From: Alphaproteobacteria bacterium | GTDB taxonomy: Bacteria; Pseudomonadota; Alphaproteobacteria; UBA2136 | Direction of reading: 5' to 3' | Assembly (NCBI GenBank): GCA_047635695.1 | Contig: JBLILN010000001.1 | Location: 46,559 to 110,558 of the forward strand | DNA length: 64,000 nucleotides | In this document: positions 23,283 through 32,431 of the stretch, piece after piece | Position numbering within the stretch: the stretch's first letter is position 1 | How the letters are laid out: every line of letters begins with the position of its first letter | Made by a program: the position numbers and the translations under genes | The notes under the pieces: model-generated | What the model saw: the letters and a program-made list of their open reading frames with translations, nothing else | Told to the model about the DNA's origin: nothing | The model's database searches: none

Positions 23283-23810
23283 TTAACCGATTTTAATCGT
23301 GTTGTTGTCAATAAATGAATATGGTGGAATTGTTAGGTTTGATGGGGCAGGGCCACGCATTACACGACCAGAACCATCAAAAAGTGAACCATGACAAGGG
23401 CAAGCCCAGCCGTCCTTACTACCTGCATCAATAGGGATACAGCCAAGGTGTGTGCAGTGAGCAATGGTGACAAGCCACTCTGGGCGTTGTACACGTTCAG
23501 CGTCAGTTTGTGGATCAATAATAGCTTTTTCGTCACCGGCACGTGCTTCTTTAATTTCAGCAGCTGTACGGTGTTTAACAAAAACGGCTTTACCGCGCCA
23601 AATAACCTTCTTCGTGTCACCTTCAGCAATTTCGCTTAAAATTACTTCAGTGGTTTTTTGTGCTTCAACATCAGCGCTTGGGCTCATGCTTTTAATGAAA
23701 GGGTAACAAGCACAAGCAGCACCTGCGGCACCAAAGGCTGTGGTAGTGGAAGTTAAAAAGTCACGTTTATCGTGATCAACAGTGCCTTTTGGCGTTTTTT
23801 TGTCCGTCAT
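23283..23810 (-). CDS. petA: ubiquinol-cytochrome c reductase Rieske iron-sulfur subunit
   Basis: CTHLGC...CPCHGS Rieske 2Fe-2S motifs and an N-terminal TAT-like/TM region. Confidence 0.9.
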   Translation of the reverse strand: MTDKKTPKGTVDHDKRDFLTSTTTAFGAAGAACACYPFIKSMSPSADVEAQKTTEVILSEIAEGDTKKVIWRGKAVFVKHRTAAEIKEARAGDEKAIIDPQTDAERVQRPEWLVTIAHCTHLGCIPIDAGSKDGWACPCHGSLFDGSGRVMRGPAPSNLTIPPYSFIDNNTIKIG

Positions 23811-23957
23811 GAAAAAAATTCAATCTTTATTTATTTTATTACAAATTTGCACCGAAAACTATAACCGAAAAAGTGCCTGTGTGCCAAGGCTTTTCATTGG
23901 CTTATATGGATATAAATTCATTTTTTTTATTTAAGAAGTATTTTTGCCCTATAAGCA

Positions 23958-23992
23958 AAAAAAACACCCTCAAATTGGAGGGTGTTTAAAGT
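23958..23992 (-). terminator. rho-independent terminator
   Basis: 8-bp perfect stem acaccctc/gagggtgt between A- and T-runs, downstream of the 24023-24295 gene. Confidence 0.6.
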
Positions 23993-24022
23993 CGATAGGT
24001 CGGGTTATTGAGGATTGATAAC

Positions 24023-24295
24023 CTAAACAGTCATTGCAATGACGTTACCTGGTAATTGAACATCAGTCACAACGTACTTTACTTTTTTTAAAACGTCTGC
24101 AGGCAATTTTTCAATTTTTAATTGAATTATTTTTCCAGAATGTTGCTCACGATAATAAGTATAAGTGCTATCGGCTAATATATCTAAGCTATCTGTCACC
24201 TTTTTTAAGCTTATTAAATTATTAAAGGCGGCTTGTGTGATAACTTGAAATGTTGCCTGTTCTTCAGTTTGTGTACCAGGTATTGCTACTTTCAT
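24023..24295 (-). CDS. hypothetical protein (weak FlaG-like C-terminus)
   Basis: 90 aa. SGKIIQLKIEKLPADVL loosely resembles the FlaG family motif TGEVIRQIPPEE.L. The RBS sits in the 3' arm of a hairpin. Confidence 0.4.
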   Translation of the reverse strand: MKVAIPGTQTEEQATFQVITQAAFNNLISLKKVTDSLDILADSTYTYYREQHSGKIIQLKIEKLPADVLKKVKYVVTDVQLPGNVIAMTV

Positions 24296-24725
24296 GGTTT
24301 ATCCTTAAAGGCTATGGCCTTTTAAAAAAGTGAGGTGCACGGATGCACGATATTTACCTCAAAAGAGGTGGTTTGAATAAGTTATGGGGCGTGTGGATTG
24401 TTTTTTTCAAGTCTTTTTAAAAAAATAGTAACTTGTAGGTATAAATATATAATAACCTCTTTTTTGAGAGCGAAACATCACAAGCTTTTTGGTAGGTTGT
24501 GTTTTTTCAATCCCACCAACTTACAGGGAAAAGGCATTAAAAGGCTTTTGTTACAACTAATGGTTGGTTTTTTAGTGCAAATAAGGCGCTAAAAGAATTT
24601 AATACGCCGTAATTCGCTTTCTATTCCACCGCTATGCCTGTTTGGTTCGCTGCTAATTCGCCCAAAATTCGCCATAAAACAAGTGTTTTCAACTTTTGGT
24701 TGTATTTAACACTTTTATCGGGCAA

Positions 24726-24752
24726 AAAAAACCGCCCCAAGGGACGGTTTAA
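24726..24752 (-). terminator. rho-independent terminator after fliW
   Basis: The minus-strand reading gives accgtcccttggggcggt followed by T8. Confidence 0.5.
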
Positions 24753-24777
24753 TTTTAGCAAATGCTCTAAGCAGATT

Positions 24778-25248
24778 TTACAACTTGTGTTGTGTTGTGT
24801 AGTCTTTACTTGTAAGAACGTGCTGACGTGCTTTTCTGGTACGGCTGTCAATAAGCAGTGGCGCACGTAAGTTAGCTGTTAGGTAGTATGAGTCTTCTTG
24901 GTCATACATAGTAAGGATAACCATCAGTTGAGTTGACTCTTTGCTCATGCCCGCTTCTTTAAGCGCCTTTGCAACGTCTTCGTCTTTAATTTCAAGGCCG
25001 AGAATTTTTGGATCGGCAACGAGGAAGCCAATTTCAGGTTCGTTGACGCACTGCAAAAGCATAATTGGTGATTCGTCAGCGTTTGGAAGCTTACAAAGAC
25101 CAAAAGTTGTGCATTCGTTAAAGCCTAATAGGCCTTTGTCGAAGCTGATAAGGCGGTCTTCGCGAAGTGTAACTTCACCAAAACGTGTATCATAGTTTAA
25201 TGCTTTATCTACTGGAACTTTTTGTTCTGTTAATGTTGTTTGTTGCAT
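24778..25248 (-). CDS. fliW: flagellar assembly factor FliW
   Basis: 156 aa. FGLCKLP...MLLQCVNEPEIGFLVADP fits the FliW family. AGGAG SD. It lies 4 nt after csrA. Confidence 0.8.
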   Translation of the reverse strand: MQQTTLTEQKVPVDKALNYDTRFGEVTLREDRLISFDKGLLGFNECTTFGLCKLPNADESPIMLLQCVNEPEIGFLVADPKILGLEIKDEDVAKALKEAGMSKESTQLMVILTMYDQEDSYYLTANLRAPLLIDSRTRKARQHVLTSKDYTTQHKL

Positions 25249-25252
25249 ATGG

Positions 25253-25483
25253 CTACTCCTTGTTTTTTATGCTACTTAGCAATTTGCTAATGTCACCTAC
25301 ATTGCTGGCGGCAACTTTGTTCTCTTCTTGAATTTTCAAGTAGAGTTCTTTACGGTAAACTGTATTGCCTTCTGGGTATTCAAACCCAAGCTTTACACGT
25401 CCACCGCGTACTTCAACAACCGTAATTTCGATGTTATCGTTAATTACAATCGATTCGTCTGTACGCCTGGTTATAAGGAGCAT
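25253..25483 (-). CDS. csrA: carbon storage regulator CsrA (FliW-binding type with C-terminal extension)
   Basis: MLLITRRTDESIVINDNIEITVVEVRGGRVKLGFEYPEGNTVYRKELY is closely similar to Bacillus CsrA, including the extended C-terminus. Confidence 0.85.
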   Translation of the reverse strand: MLLITRRTDESIVINDNIEITVVEVRGGRVKLGFEYPEGNTVYRKELYLKIQEENKVAASNVGDISKLLSSIKNKE

Positions 25484-25570
25484 TTTTTATGTTTTTCCAT
25501 ATTATTTTGAACAATTAGCTATAGTTTTACCAAATAAAAGGAACCACGGCTAGTTTTTGTTCATTTGCTC

Positions 25571-26476
25571 CTAAATATAGTCAAGTAATGACAGCCTGTT
25601 TAACTGTGTAATAACAGCCATCGACGCTTCAAGCGTGGTTTGCTGTTGCGTAAAACGTGTCATTGCTTCGGCGATATCAACTTTTTCAATATTATCGACC
25701 TGTTCTGTTAAGAATAGGTTTGTGTTTACATGGCGGGTTTTAAGTAAGTCAAAGCCTGACTGCTGTCCGCCAATTTCACCAAGCATGTTAGAAAGGTCTA
25801 CTTGTGCTTGGTTCAAAAGGTTAATGGCGCCATCAATATCAGATTCAGAGTTATTCTCTAAACCAAACCAAAGGGCTTCAAGACCAGCTTTCATGTTGGC
25901 AAAACCATCTTCACCACCTGTGATACCGTAAGTTTGTGTTACGTCGGTCGATGTAATCACCAAAAGTTCTTGTGAGTCACCATTATAATAAGTGTTGGGT
26001 GCAGGAATACCTGCGGGTACTGTTGTCGCAACAGGGCTAGACGTAATCGGCGGGCGATCACCAGAAGCGCCTGAAAATATGTATCGGCCATCAAATTTTG
26101 TTTTAAATAAAGAGTAAAATGTTTCTGTTAACCCCTCTGCCTTAGGTGCAAGGTTTGCACGCACTTCAGCAGTATTTTCATTACGACCAAGTGTCCATAA
26201 ATTTGCGGCTTCGACAACTAGGTCAACCATACCTTGGATAGAATTTTCGCTTGACTGTAAACGTGAATCGACGGTTTCCATGTTTTTGATAAACTGTTCA
26301 TTGATACCACGCAAGTCTTGCAAGTTTAAAAGTTGTCCAGCTTGAGCAGCAATGTCTTCAAAGCGCTCCGCTTTAAGGCCGGATGTTACCTGAAACGATG
26401 TTTTGGCTAAATCTGCATTACTTTTTTGCATTTGCTCTAGTGTGTTTCTATGGATGGAGGCTGTTGCAACACGCAT
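25571..26476 (-). CDS. flgL: flagellar hook-associated protein 3 FlgL
   Basis: 301 aa with flagellin-like N- and C-terminal helices (N-term MRVATASIHRNTLEQMQKSNADLAKTSFQVTSG, C-term QTTLEASMAVITQ). Confidence 0.8.
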   Translation of the reverse strand: MRVATASIHRNTLEQMQKSNADLAKTSFQVTSGLKAERFEDIAAQAGQLLNLQDLRGINEQFIKNMETVDSRLQSSENSIQGMVDLVVEAANLWTLGRNENTAEVRANLAPKAEGLTETFYSLFKTKFDGRYIFSGASGDRPPITSSPVATTVPAGIPAPNTYYNGDSQELLVITSTDVTQTYGITGGEDGFANMKAGLEALWFGLENNSESDIDGAINLLNQAQVDLSNMLGEIGGQQSGFDLLKTRHVNTNLFLTEQVDNIEKVDIAEAMTRFTQQQTTLEASMAVITQLNRLSLLDYI

Positions 26477-26492
26477 CTTCTATTCTCCTTTT

Positions 26493-28298
26493 TTAAACAA
26501 TGTTTACAAGCGTCTCAAGCATCTCATCCACAAGGGATATGATGCGCGCTGAGGCTTGGTAACTACGTTGAAATACAAGTAGGTTAGATAGTTCTTCGTC
26601 AATGTTCACGCCAGCAGTTCCGCTGAGACGTGTTTCCATGTCGGTTAATATAGCTTCGTTAAATTCTTGCGTTTTACTTGTGTCTTGTAGGCGGATAGCA
26701 AGGTTACTAGAAATACTAATGAAATATTCATTTATGCTTTTTGATTGCACAGCAAGGCTACCAGCAGCGGCAAATGTAACAGGTGCCTCTGAAAGCAGTG
26801 CGAGCTCAATAATATTACGGTTATCAAGGAATGATACACCGCCATCTGTGTCACGCATACGGGCTGTGGCCACACGTGCCGGGTCGGCAATAATGTCGGC
26901 GCGAATGGCCATGTCTGTGGCATTTTCACCTGTGAAGAAATTGTTGACACCTATTTCGCCAAGTACGTTACCAACGTTATTTTTCATGACAACACCGTGT
27001 GCAGCATTGTTTGCTGTAATACGTAGTTGTTCGTCGCCATTTGTGTCAATGAATGTTGAGGCTGTCACGTCCACATTCACATCTGGGTTTGCGTTAATAG
27101 CGTTTGCAATATCAGTTAAGGTTGTTGGTGCGACGGCAATTGTGAGAGATCCGACACCGCCACCAGCAAGTAATGTTGTTGAAATAGGTGAGCCTGTTGC
27201 GATATCAATAATTGAAATATCAAAGCTGTCGCCGACGTTAATGTCCAATTCGGCTGTAATATCAGCGCCAGCACCAGAAAGTTCTATGCCATTACCAGAG
27301 TCAAGTTGGTTTAATGGTGGGATCGATGTACCTTGGCTGTGTATGCGGTTGAAGCTATCAATCATGTTTGCAGCAAGGTTGTTTACTTCAGCGAGCAAGT
27401 TAACCATTTCTGTATCACGTACATCAACAAGGCCTTTTATGCTGCCGTCAGTCATGCGATTGGTTAAAATAGGGAACACAATAGTGCCAGGTATACCGTC
27501 TTCAGTAAAAGGTCTTGTGGAAATATCTTGGAATGTTGATGGTGCAACCGCAGGGGCTCTTTCAAGCTGAACATAGCTTGTGTCGACAAGGCGTCTACCT
27601 GTTTCTGTTGAAACAGATGCACGGTCAAGGCTGTCATAAATAACATTCACATTCATGTGTTTGGCAATGGTGTTAATTTGGCGAGAGCGTTCGTCAATAA
27701 GGTCGTTGGCATTTGCACCACCGTTTTTAACAACACCAAGAGAAACAATTTCTTTGTTCAGGGTGTCAATTTTACGAATAGCTTCGTTCACTTCAACAAT
27801 AGCAGAGTCAATTTGTGCATCGGCGCGGAATTGTGCACCGACAATTTCGTTCGACAAGTTTTTAAGAGAGTCGACGACGAATTCAGCGTTTTTAACAGCG
27901 TTAAGCTGTAGTGATGTAGAATCTGGCGCATTGGCCAAGTTTGACATGTCACTAAAAAAATTACCTATAACCTTTTCAAGGCTAGTGTTCGCCCCAGGTG
28001 TACCGAAAAGAACTTCAAGGTTATCCATGAAAGTACTTTTTGCTTCATCATAACCAACGGCAGAAACTTGTTCTGTGATACGTTCACTTAAAAAGTTGTT
28101 GGTGACCTGGCGAATATCATTAATACCAACACCACCACCAAAACCTTCAATGGCAATGTTACCTGTGAGGACTTGCTGACGTGTATAACCTTCAGTATGG
28201 ACGTTAGAGATGTTGTGTGAGATGGTGCTGATAGTTGTTTGCGTTGTTTGCATCGAACTAATGGCAATACCAAGTGTGGAATTAAGTGTAGCACCCAT
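26493..28298 (-). CDS. flgK: flagellar hook-associated protein 1 FlgK
   Basis: 601 aa. N-term GIAISSMQTTQTTISTISHNISNVHTEGYTRQ and C-term LLVFQRSYQASARIISLVDEMLETL. Confidence 0.9.
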   Translation of the reverse strand: MGATLNSTLGIAISSMQTTQTTISTISHNISNVHTEGYTRQQVLTGNIAIEGFGGGVGINDIRQVTNNFLSERITEQVSAVGYDEAKSTFMDNLEVLFGTPGANTSLEKVIGNFFSDMSNLANAPDSTSLQLNAVKNAEFVVDSLKNLSNEIVGAQFRADAQIDSAIVEVNEAIRKIDTLNKEIVSLGVVKNGGANANDLIDERSRQINTIAKHMNVNVIYDSLDRASVSTETGRRLVDTSYVQLERAPAVAPSTFQDISTRPFTEDGIPGTIVFPILTNRMTDGSIKGLVDVRDTEMVNLLAEVNNLAANMIDSFNRIHSQGTSIPPLNQLDSGNGIELSGAGADITAELDINVGDSFDISIIDIATGSPISTTLLAGGGVGSLTIAVAPTTLTDIANAINANPDVNVDVTASTFIDTNGDEQLRITANNAAHGVVMKNNVGNVLGEIGVNNFFTGENATDMAIRADIIADPARVATARMRDTDGGVSFLDNRNIIELALLSEAPVTFAAAGSLAVQSKSINEYFISISSNLAIRLQDTSKTQEFNEAILTDMETRLSGTAGVNIDEELSNLLVFQRSYQASARIISLVDEMLETLVNIV

Positions 28299-28335
28299 AG
28301 TTAACGTCCTTTCTGTAGGTTTATATTAATTACTG

Positions 28336-28352
28336 TTAGATTACATGCAAGC
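28336..28352 (-). promoter_or_regulatory. sigma-54 (-24/-12) promoter upstream of flgK
   Basis: Minus strand reads cTGGCACaaggcTTGCAtg, a perfect TGGCAC-N5-TTGCA, about 40 nt upstream of the flgK ATG. Confidence 0.55.
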
Positions 28353-28410
28353 CTTGTGCCAGTTTTGTTGATAAGGGCGAAAAACGCCGCTATTTCGTCT
28401 TAAAACAATA

Positions 28411-28436
28411 AAAAAGCCTCCACAGAGGAGACTTGA
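28411..28436 (-). terminator. rho-independent terminator after P1
   Basis: Minus strand gtctcctctgtggaggc followed by T6. Confidence 0.55.
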
Positions 28437-28458
28437 TTTCGATATAAGTGAAGAGTTG

Positions 28459-28716
28459 TTATAAGGCAGGCCTAATATGGTATGTTATAATTCTGATTGT
28501 CTTTCTCCATAGCCAACCCCCACTTTCTTTATAAGGCATATCTGAAGACATGATCACAGTATAACCTTCATTTTCTAAGGTCTTGATTATGTCTTTGTTG
28601 CTAAAGCTGTAGTTTACAGGTTTAGGTAGAAATGTAAGTGTGACGGAATCTTTTAATTGAGTTTTAAAACTATCAATAACGTCTTGTGTAATATCCGTTA
28701 TTTTTGGTGCTTTCAT
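28459..28716 (-). CDS. hypothetical small protein P1 (GxWxWKK family)
   Basis: ATG 28716 with AGGAGAG SD, 85 aa. The C-terminus YKESGGWLWRKTIRII is shared with P2/P3. Confidence 0.5.
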   Translation of the reverse strand: MKAPKITDITQDVIDSFKTQLKDSVTLTFLPKPVNYSFSNKDIIKTLENEGYTVIMSSDMPYKESGGWLWRKTIRIITYHIRPAL

Positions 28717-28844
28717 AAATTCTCTCCTAAAGAGGAATAAAAAGAGATGTGCAAAAAGCATGATGTTTTGCATATAAAATGCGGTTATAACTAATAAATA
28801 GTGCTTTTGTGCTGTATTTTAAGGGGTAGGGGACAAAAAAACAC

Positions 28845-28870
28845 CCTGCTGCCGCAAGGTGTTTTTCGTT
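28845..28870. terminator. rho-independent terminator after the flgI-rod binding-flgN unit
   Basis: aacaccctgc-tgcc-gcaaggtgtt with T-runs on both strands. Confidence 0.5.
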
Positions 28871-28974
28871 GAGAAAAAACTTTAATATCTTTATAAGCCC
28901 TCGCCTTCGTATGTTTAAAATAAAACAGTAGTGCCAGTGGGCTTAATCAGATTAAACGCGGTGCGTTTATGCGT

Positions 28975-29409
28975 TTAAATGTCTTTGTTAACAAGCTTCG
29001 TTGAAGGTTGGTGTTGGTTCATTGTACCTGTTTTGCCATAAGTGTTGGCTTTTGGTTTTTTAATTTCAACAGCTGTACGTACAAGGTTTAAAAAGTCATT
29101 TGTCACGGTGTAGGCGGCTTGCAAAAGTGTTATGTTTTTGCGTGCAGCTGACTGGTAATTGTCAATACATGCTTGTAGCTCAGGCATTTTTGCGAGCGCA
29201 CCTTCATCGGCTTTAATTTTGTGCACAGATGTTTTAATGGTGGAAAGTAATTTTTCAACTTTAGCGGCAAGGTGACGCTTTTCTTTGATTTTACCTTCAA
29301 TAGCATCCATGTCTCTGTCTTTAAGCAGAGCATTTTCATCATGTAATAAAGTTGCAAATTTTTCACATGATTCTATTGTGTTCGATACAAGTTCTATGGC
29401 ATGGCTCAT
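28975..29409 (-). CDS. FlgN-like flagellar chaperone (putative)
   Basis: 144 aa, helical. It lies downstream of flgI and the rod-binding gene, in the position FlgN occupies. SD AGGAGA. Confidence 0.45.
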   Translation of the reverse strand: MSHAIELVSNTIESCEKFATLLHDENALLKDRDMDAIEGKIKEKRHLAAKVEKLLSTIKTSVHKIKADEGALAKMPELQACIDNYQSAARKNITLLQAAYTVTNDFLNLVRTAVEIKKPKANTYGKTGTMNQHQPSTKLVNKDI

Positions 29410-29738
29410 TGGTTGTTCTCCTGTATTTTAAGTAATTGGTCGTAAATGGTATCGGCTATGCCAATGCCACCGGCTTTTGTCATGGCATCCGCAACATGTT
29501 CGTTGCGAATTTGACGAAACATTTCTTCACCCTTACCACCATCAAAGCCTTCAGCTGTACCTGGGTCGGTCAGTTCGAGCATTTGATAGAGAAAGAATGA
29601 TTCAAAGTCATGGGCGGCTTTTTCGGCCTTTTCAGCAGAGCTCTTACTTGGCGCAAGGAACTTAACACTACTTGCGCGCTGAAGTTCTGGGGCACTTCCG
29701 TATTGTTTGTTGGCTGTCGCTGTACTGAGTATATCCAT
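29406..29738 (-). CDS. flagellar rod-binding protein (FlgJ N-domain-like)
   Basis: 110 aa. FESFFLYQMLELTD is the hallmark of Rod_binding/FlgJ N-terminal domain proteins. Confidence 0.7.
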   Translation of the reverse strand: MDILSTATANKQYGSAPELQRASSVKFLAPSKSSAEKAEKAAHDFESFFLYQMLELTDPGTAEGFDGGKGEEMFRQIRNEHVADAMTKAGGIGIADTIYDQLLKIQENNQ

Positions 29739-29753
29739 GGGTTCATACCTTTC

Positions 29754-30875
29754 TTACATAATCACTATTTCTGCTTGCAATGCGCCTGCAGATTTGATGG
29801 TTTGTAGAATACTAATAATGTCGCGTGGTGACACACCAAGGGCGTTTAAACCATCGACAAGGTCGGCAAGGTTTGCACCGCTATCGATAACGTGAAACTT
29901 TGCTGTCTCTTCATCAACTTCAATGGCTGTGGCTGGTACAGCGGCAGTAATACCGTCGCTAAAGCCGTCAGGTTGAATAATGTCAGTCAACTCTGTGACA
30001 CGAATGTTTAAGTTGGCATGTGAAATGGCGACATCACTAATTTGTACGCCAGCACCCATAACAACAGTACCTGTTTTTTCGTTGATAATAATTTTTGCGG
30101 CTGCGTCAGGGCGCACATATGTATTTTCAATTTTGTGAATGATAGGTACCAAGTTGTCACGTAAAGCAAGTGGAACGGCAATGTCGATTGTTTGGTTGTC
30201 TAAAGCTTTGGCAATAGGCTCGTTAAATGTTTTATTGATAGCGTCTTTTAAGCGTAATGCCGTTGTAAAATCGGGGTTACGTAGGATAATGCGTAGTCTT
30301 TTGCTGTCAGATAGTTCGTGGCCTGTTTCCATTTCAATAGTGGCACCGCCAGCAATGTGACCAGATGTCGGGTGGTTTTTTGTCACCGTACCAGCTCTAC
30401 CTGTTGTGGTGAACCCACCAATAACCACAGGGCCTTGCGCAATGGCGTAAGTTTGGCCGTCGGCAGCAATAAGAGGGGTTGCTAAAAGTTGTCCGCCTTC
30501 AAGAGATTTTGCGTCACCCAGTGAAGAAGCTGTAATGTCAATTTTACTACCTTGACGGGCATAAGAAGGCATGTTGGATGTGATCATCACAGCAGCAACG
30601 TTTTTCGTTTTAATTTGTGCTTCGGCAGCCTTGGCGTTGACGCCTAGCTTTTCGAGCATGTTAATTAACGTTTGGCGTGTGAAGGGAATAGAGTTTGCAC
30701 TGTCGCCTGTGCCGTTTAAACCAACCACAAGGCCATAACCGATAAGAATGTTACTACGAACACCTTCAAAGTCGGCAATGTCTTTAATGCGTGAAACAGG
30801 GTTTGAGGCAAAGCTTGAACCCGCCATTAGGCAAATCATAACTGTGGTTGTGAAAAATCTTATCATTTTTTTCAT
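29754..30875 (-). CDS. flgI: flagellar P-ring protein FlgI
   Basis: 373 aa with a signal peptide and IGYGLVVGLNGTGD. Confidence 0.9.
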   Translation of the reverse strand: MKKMIRFFTTTVMICLMAGSSFASNPVSRIKDIADFEGVRSNILIGYGLVVGLNGTGDSANSIPFTRQTLINMLEKLGVNAKAAEAQIKTKNVAAVMITSNMPSYARQGSKIDITASSLGDAKSLEGGQLLATPLIAADGQTYAIAQGPVVIGGFTTTGRAGTVTKNHPTSGHIAGGATIEMETGHELSDSKRLRIILRNPDFTTALRLKDAINKTFNEPIAKALDNQTIDIAVPLALRDNLVPIIHKIENTYVRPDAAAKIIINEKTGTVVMGAGVQISDVAISHANLNIRVTELTDIIQPDGFSDGITAAVPATAIEVDEETAKFHVIDSGANLADLVDGLNALGVSPRDIISILQTIKSAGALQAEIVIM

Positions 30876-30886
30876 AGTGTTAACCC

Positions 30887-31084
30887 TTATCCGTTCAATA
30901 TTACTTGTGTTTTGTTTTCCATAATAGACACAAGGTTGTTATTGCGTGCATCAACCGCAAAAGCTGATGTGAGTGTGAGAACAATAATAAAAACAGTACC
31001 AAACACGGTCATGATCTGTTCTTTTTTCTGCGCTGTTAAAGGCTTTTGCTTGTCTAAGTTTTTATACAATTCTAATAGCTTCAT
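30887..31084 (-). CDS. small membrane protein (first gene of the flgI operon)
   Basis: ATG 31084 with GGGAGA SD, 65 aa and one TM helix. It lies 11 nt upstream of flgI. Confidence 0.4.
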   Translation of the reverse strand: MKLLELYKNLDKQKPLTAQKKEQIMTVFGTVFIIVLTLTSAFAVDARNNNLVSIMENKTQVILNG

Positions 31085-31124
31085 CTTTTTTCTCCCCAGA
31101 AAGTTTATCTTTACGAAGGGATAT

Positions 31125-31140
31125 ATGCATATGCCGTGCC
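31125..31140 (-). promoter_or_regulatory. sigma-54 (-24/-12) promoter of the flgI unit
   Basis: Minus strand TGGCACggcatATGCA, about 43 nt upstream of the ATG at 31084. Confidence 0.5.
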
Positions 31141-31184
31141 AAAACACACTTATACGCCGTTTATTTATAAATAGAGCCAAAAAA

Positions 31185-31212
31185 AAGCCCCCTAAAAGGA
31201 GGCTTTGCCAAA
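31185..31212 (-). terminator. rho-independent terminator after P2
   Basis: Minus strand agcctcc-tttta-gggggct followed by T8. Confidence 0.5.
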
Positions 31213-31232
31213 AATGGCTTATTCGAACGGTT

Positions 31233-31562
31233 TTAATTTTCAGTGGGTTCTAAGGGCTTTGTCCACGCAATAGCGATGGTATAAACTTGCTTTTTCCAGA
31301 ACCAAGAACCTGTTTGCGTATGGCTTACGTGTGCCGATATATCGGTTAGGTTTAATTTAGAAATTTTATTTTGAACATAGTCATCGTAAGCTTGGCGAAG
31401 TTCTTCTGTTTTTGCGTGGTTGTTAAATTTAAATTCCAATGCAAGGTAGCTACCGAGAGAGCTTTCGTCTCTAGTGTTTTCCTGTATTTCAATGAGGTTG
31501 CTGTCTATTCTGACTTTACCATGGGCTTCATCGATAACAATGCTATTTGTAATTTTAGACAT
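31233..31562 (-). CDS. hypothetical small protein P2 (GxWxWKK family)
   Basis: 109 aa. YLALEFKFNN...TGSWFWKKQVYTI is homologous to P3 over about 55 aa and to P1. Confidence 0.5.
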   Translation of the reverse strand: MSKITNSIVIDEAHGKVRIDSNLIEIQENTRDESSLGSYLALEFKFNNHAKTEELRQAYDDYVQNKISKLNLTDISAHVSHTQTGSWFWKKQVYTIAIAWTKPLEPTEN

Positions 31563-31571
31563 AATTTTCTC

Positions 31572-31955
31572 CTAAATTTCAGTTTCAACATCAGTGATGT
31601 CGGACGTTCTTTTAATAGCGTTGACTTCAAGAACAAAAAAATGTTCTTTCCACCATAAAATTCCAGTAGAGAGAATGCTTACGCTAGACTTTATTTCCAT
31701 CTTCAAGTTTTGATTTTCAATATGAGTTTTTAGGTGATCTTCTAACATTTCAGCTTTAATTTCGGGGTAGCTGCAGTTATTAAAAAAATGTGAATATTTT
31801 AAATATTTTGAGCCAAAGCCTGAGCGGTGGTCAAAATCACTCAGCTTTTCAACTATTTCTTCTATATAGTTATACTCTTCTTTAGAAAGCCTTATAACGC
31901 TTTCATTGAAGGAACGGGCGCATCGTGGCTCAGTTATATTCATCGATTTCTTCAT
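31572..31955 (-). CDS. hypothetical small protein P3 (GxWxWKK family)
   Basis: 127 aa. YLKYSHFFNN...STGILWWKEHFFVL. It lies 9 nt upstream of P2 and overlaps P4 by 4 nt. Confidence 0.5.
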   Translation of the reverse strand: MKKSMNITEPRCARSFNESVIRLSKEEYNYIEEIVEKLSDFDHRSGFGSKYLKYSHFFNNCSYPEIKAEMLEDHLKTHIENQNLKMEIKSSVSILSTGILWWKEHFFVLEVNAIKRTSDITDVETEI

Positions 31956-32404
31956 AATTTTCTCCCTGCTGGAGGTGGTGAGCTGGGCTTTTTATCGCCT
32001 AAAAATTTAGTTAGGGTGTCGGCGCTGTTGGGTTTGGGTAATTGAACCTCGAATACAAAAAGGTAACTATTGGTGAGAAATGTAAATAAGATAAAATCTT
32101 TGCGCTGACGTTGCTTAAAAAAATCTATTACTATAATGCCTTTGTTTATAAGTTGTTGGACTAATGTATCCTCAAATAAATTTGCTTTATTAATAGGGCA
32201 GGCGCGGTCACTGAAATTTGCGCTCATATAAACGTATTCAGATACATCTTTAGACGTCTTTAATTCTTTTAAAGCAGTTTCAGCGAATTCATCAATGGAA
32301 TCAGTGTCTTTTATGCTCATTAAGGGTTTTTTGTCGCCCTTTTGTTTTTTGATATTGGTTATAGTATTACCCTCCGTTAAAGGGTGTTTTGATTTTGAAA
32401 TCAT
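31952..32404 (-). CDS. hypothetical lysine-rich protein P4 (first gene of P4-P3-P2 unit)
   Basis: ATG 32404 with AAGGAGA SD. Lys-rich N-terminus, hydrophobic FILFTFLTNSYLFVFEV core and a proline-rich tail. Confidence 0.45.
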   Translation of the reverse strand: MISKSKHPLTEGNTITNIKKQKGDKKPLMSIKDTDSIDEFAETALKELKTSKDVSEYVYMSANFSDRACPINKANLFEDTLVQQLINKGIIVIDFFKQRQRKDFILFTFLTNSYLFVFEVQLPKPNSADTLTKFLGDKKPSSPPPAGRKL

Positions 32405-32431
32405 AAATTTTCTCCTTATGGGAGATGTATG

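Noticed and set aside
23262-23311. Upstream TTG start of petB overlapping petA by 29 nt
   Set aside because: The ATG giving MAKHSVNP... matches the canonical cytochrome b N-terminus and has an AAAGGA SD. The TTG extension is judged an ORF-caller artefact.
24611-24680. Four spaced (a)attcgc direct repeats in the intergenic region downstream of fliW
   Set aside because: The repeat unit is short and the spacing irregular. It cannot be distinguished from chance in AT-rich DNA.
26602-27570. 322-aa plus-strand ORF
   Set aside because: It lies entirely antisense within flgK. Its low-complexity Ser/Ala-rich translation mirrors the flgK codons. It is not a gene.
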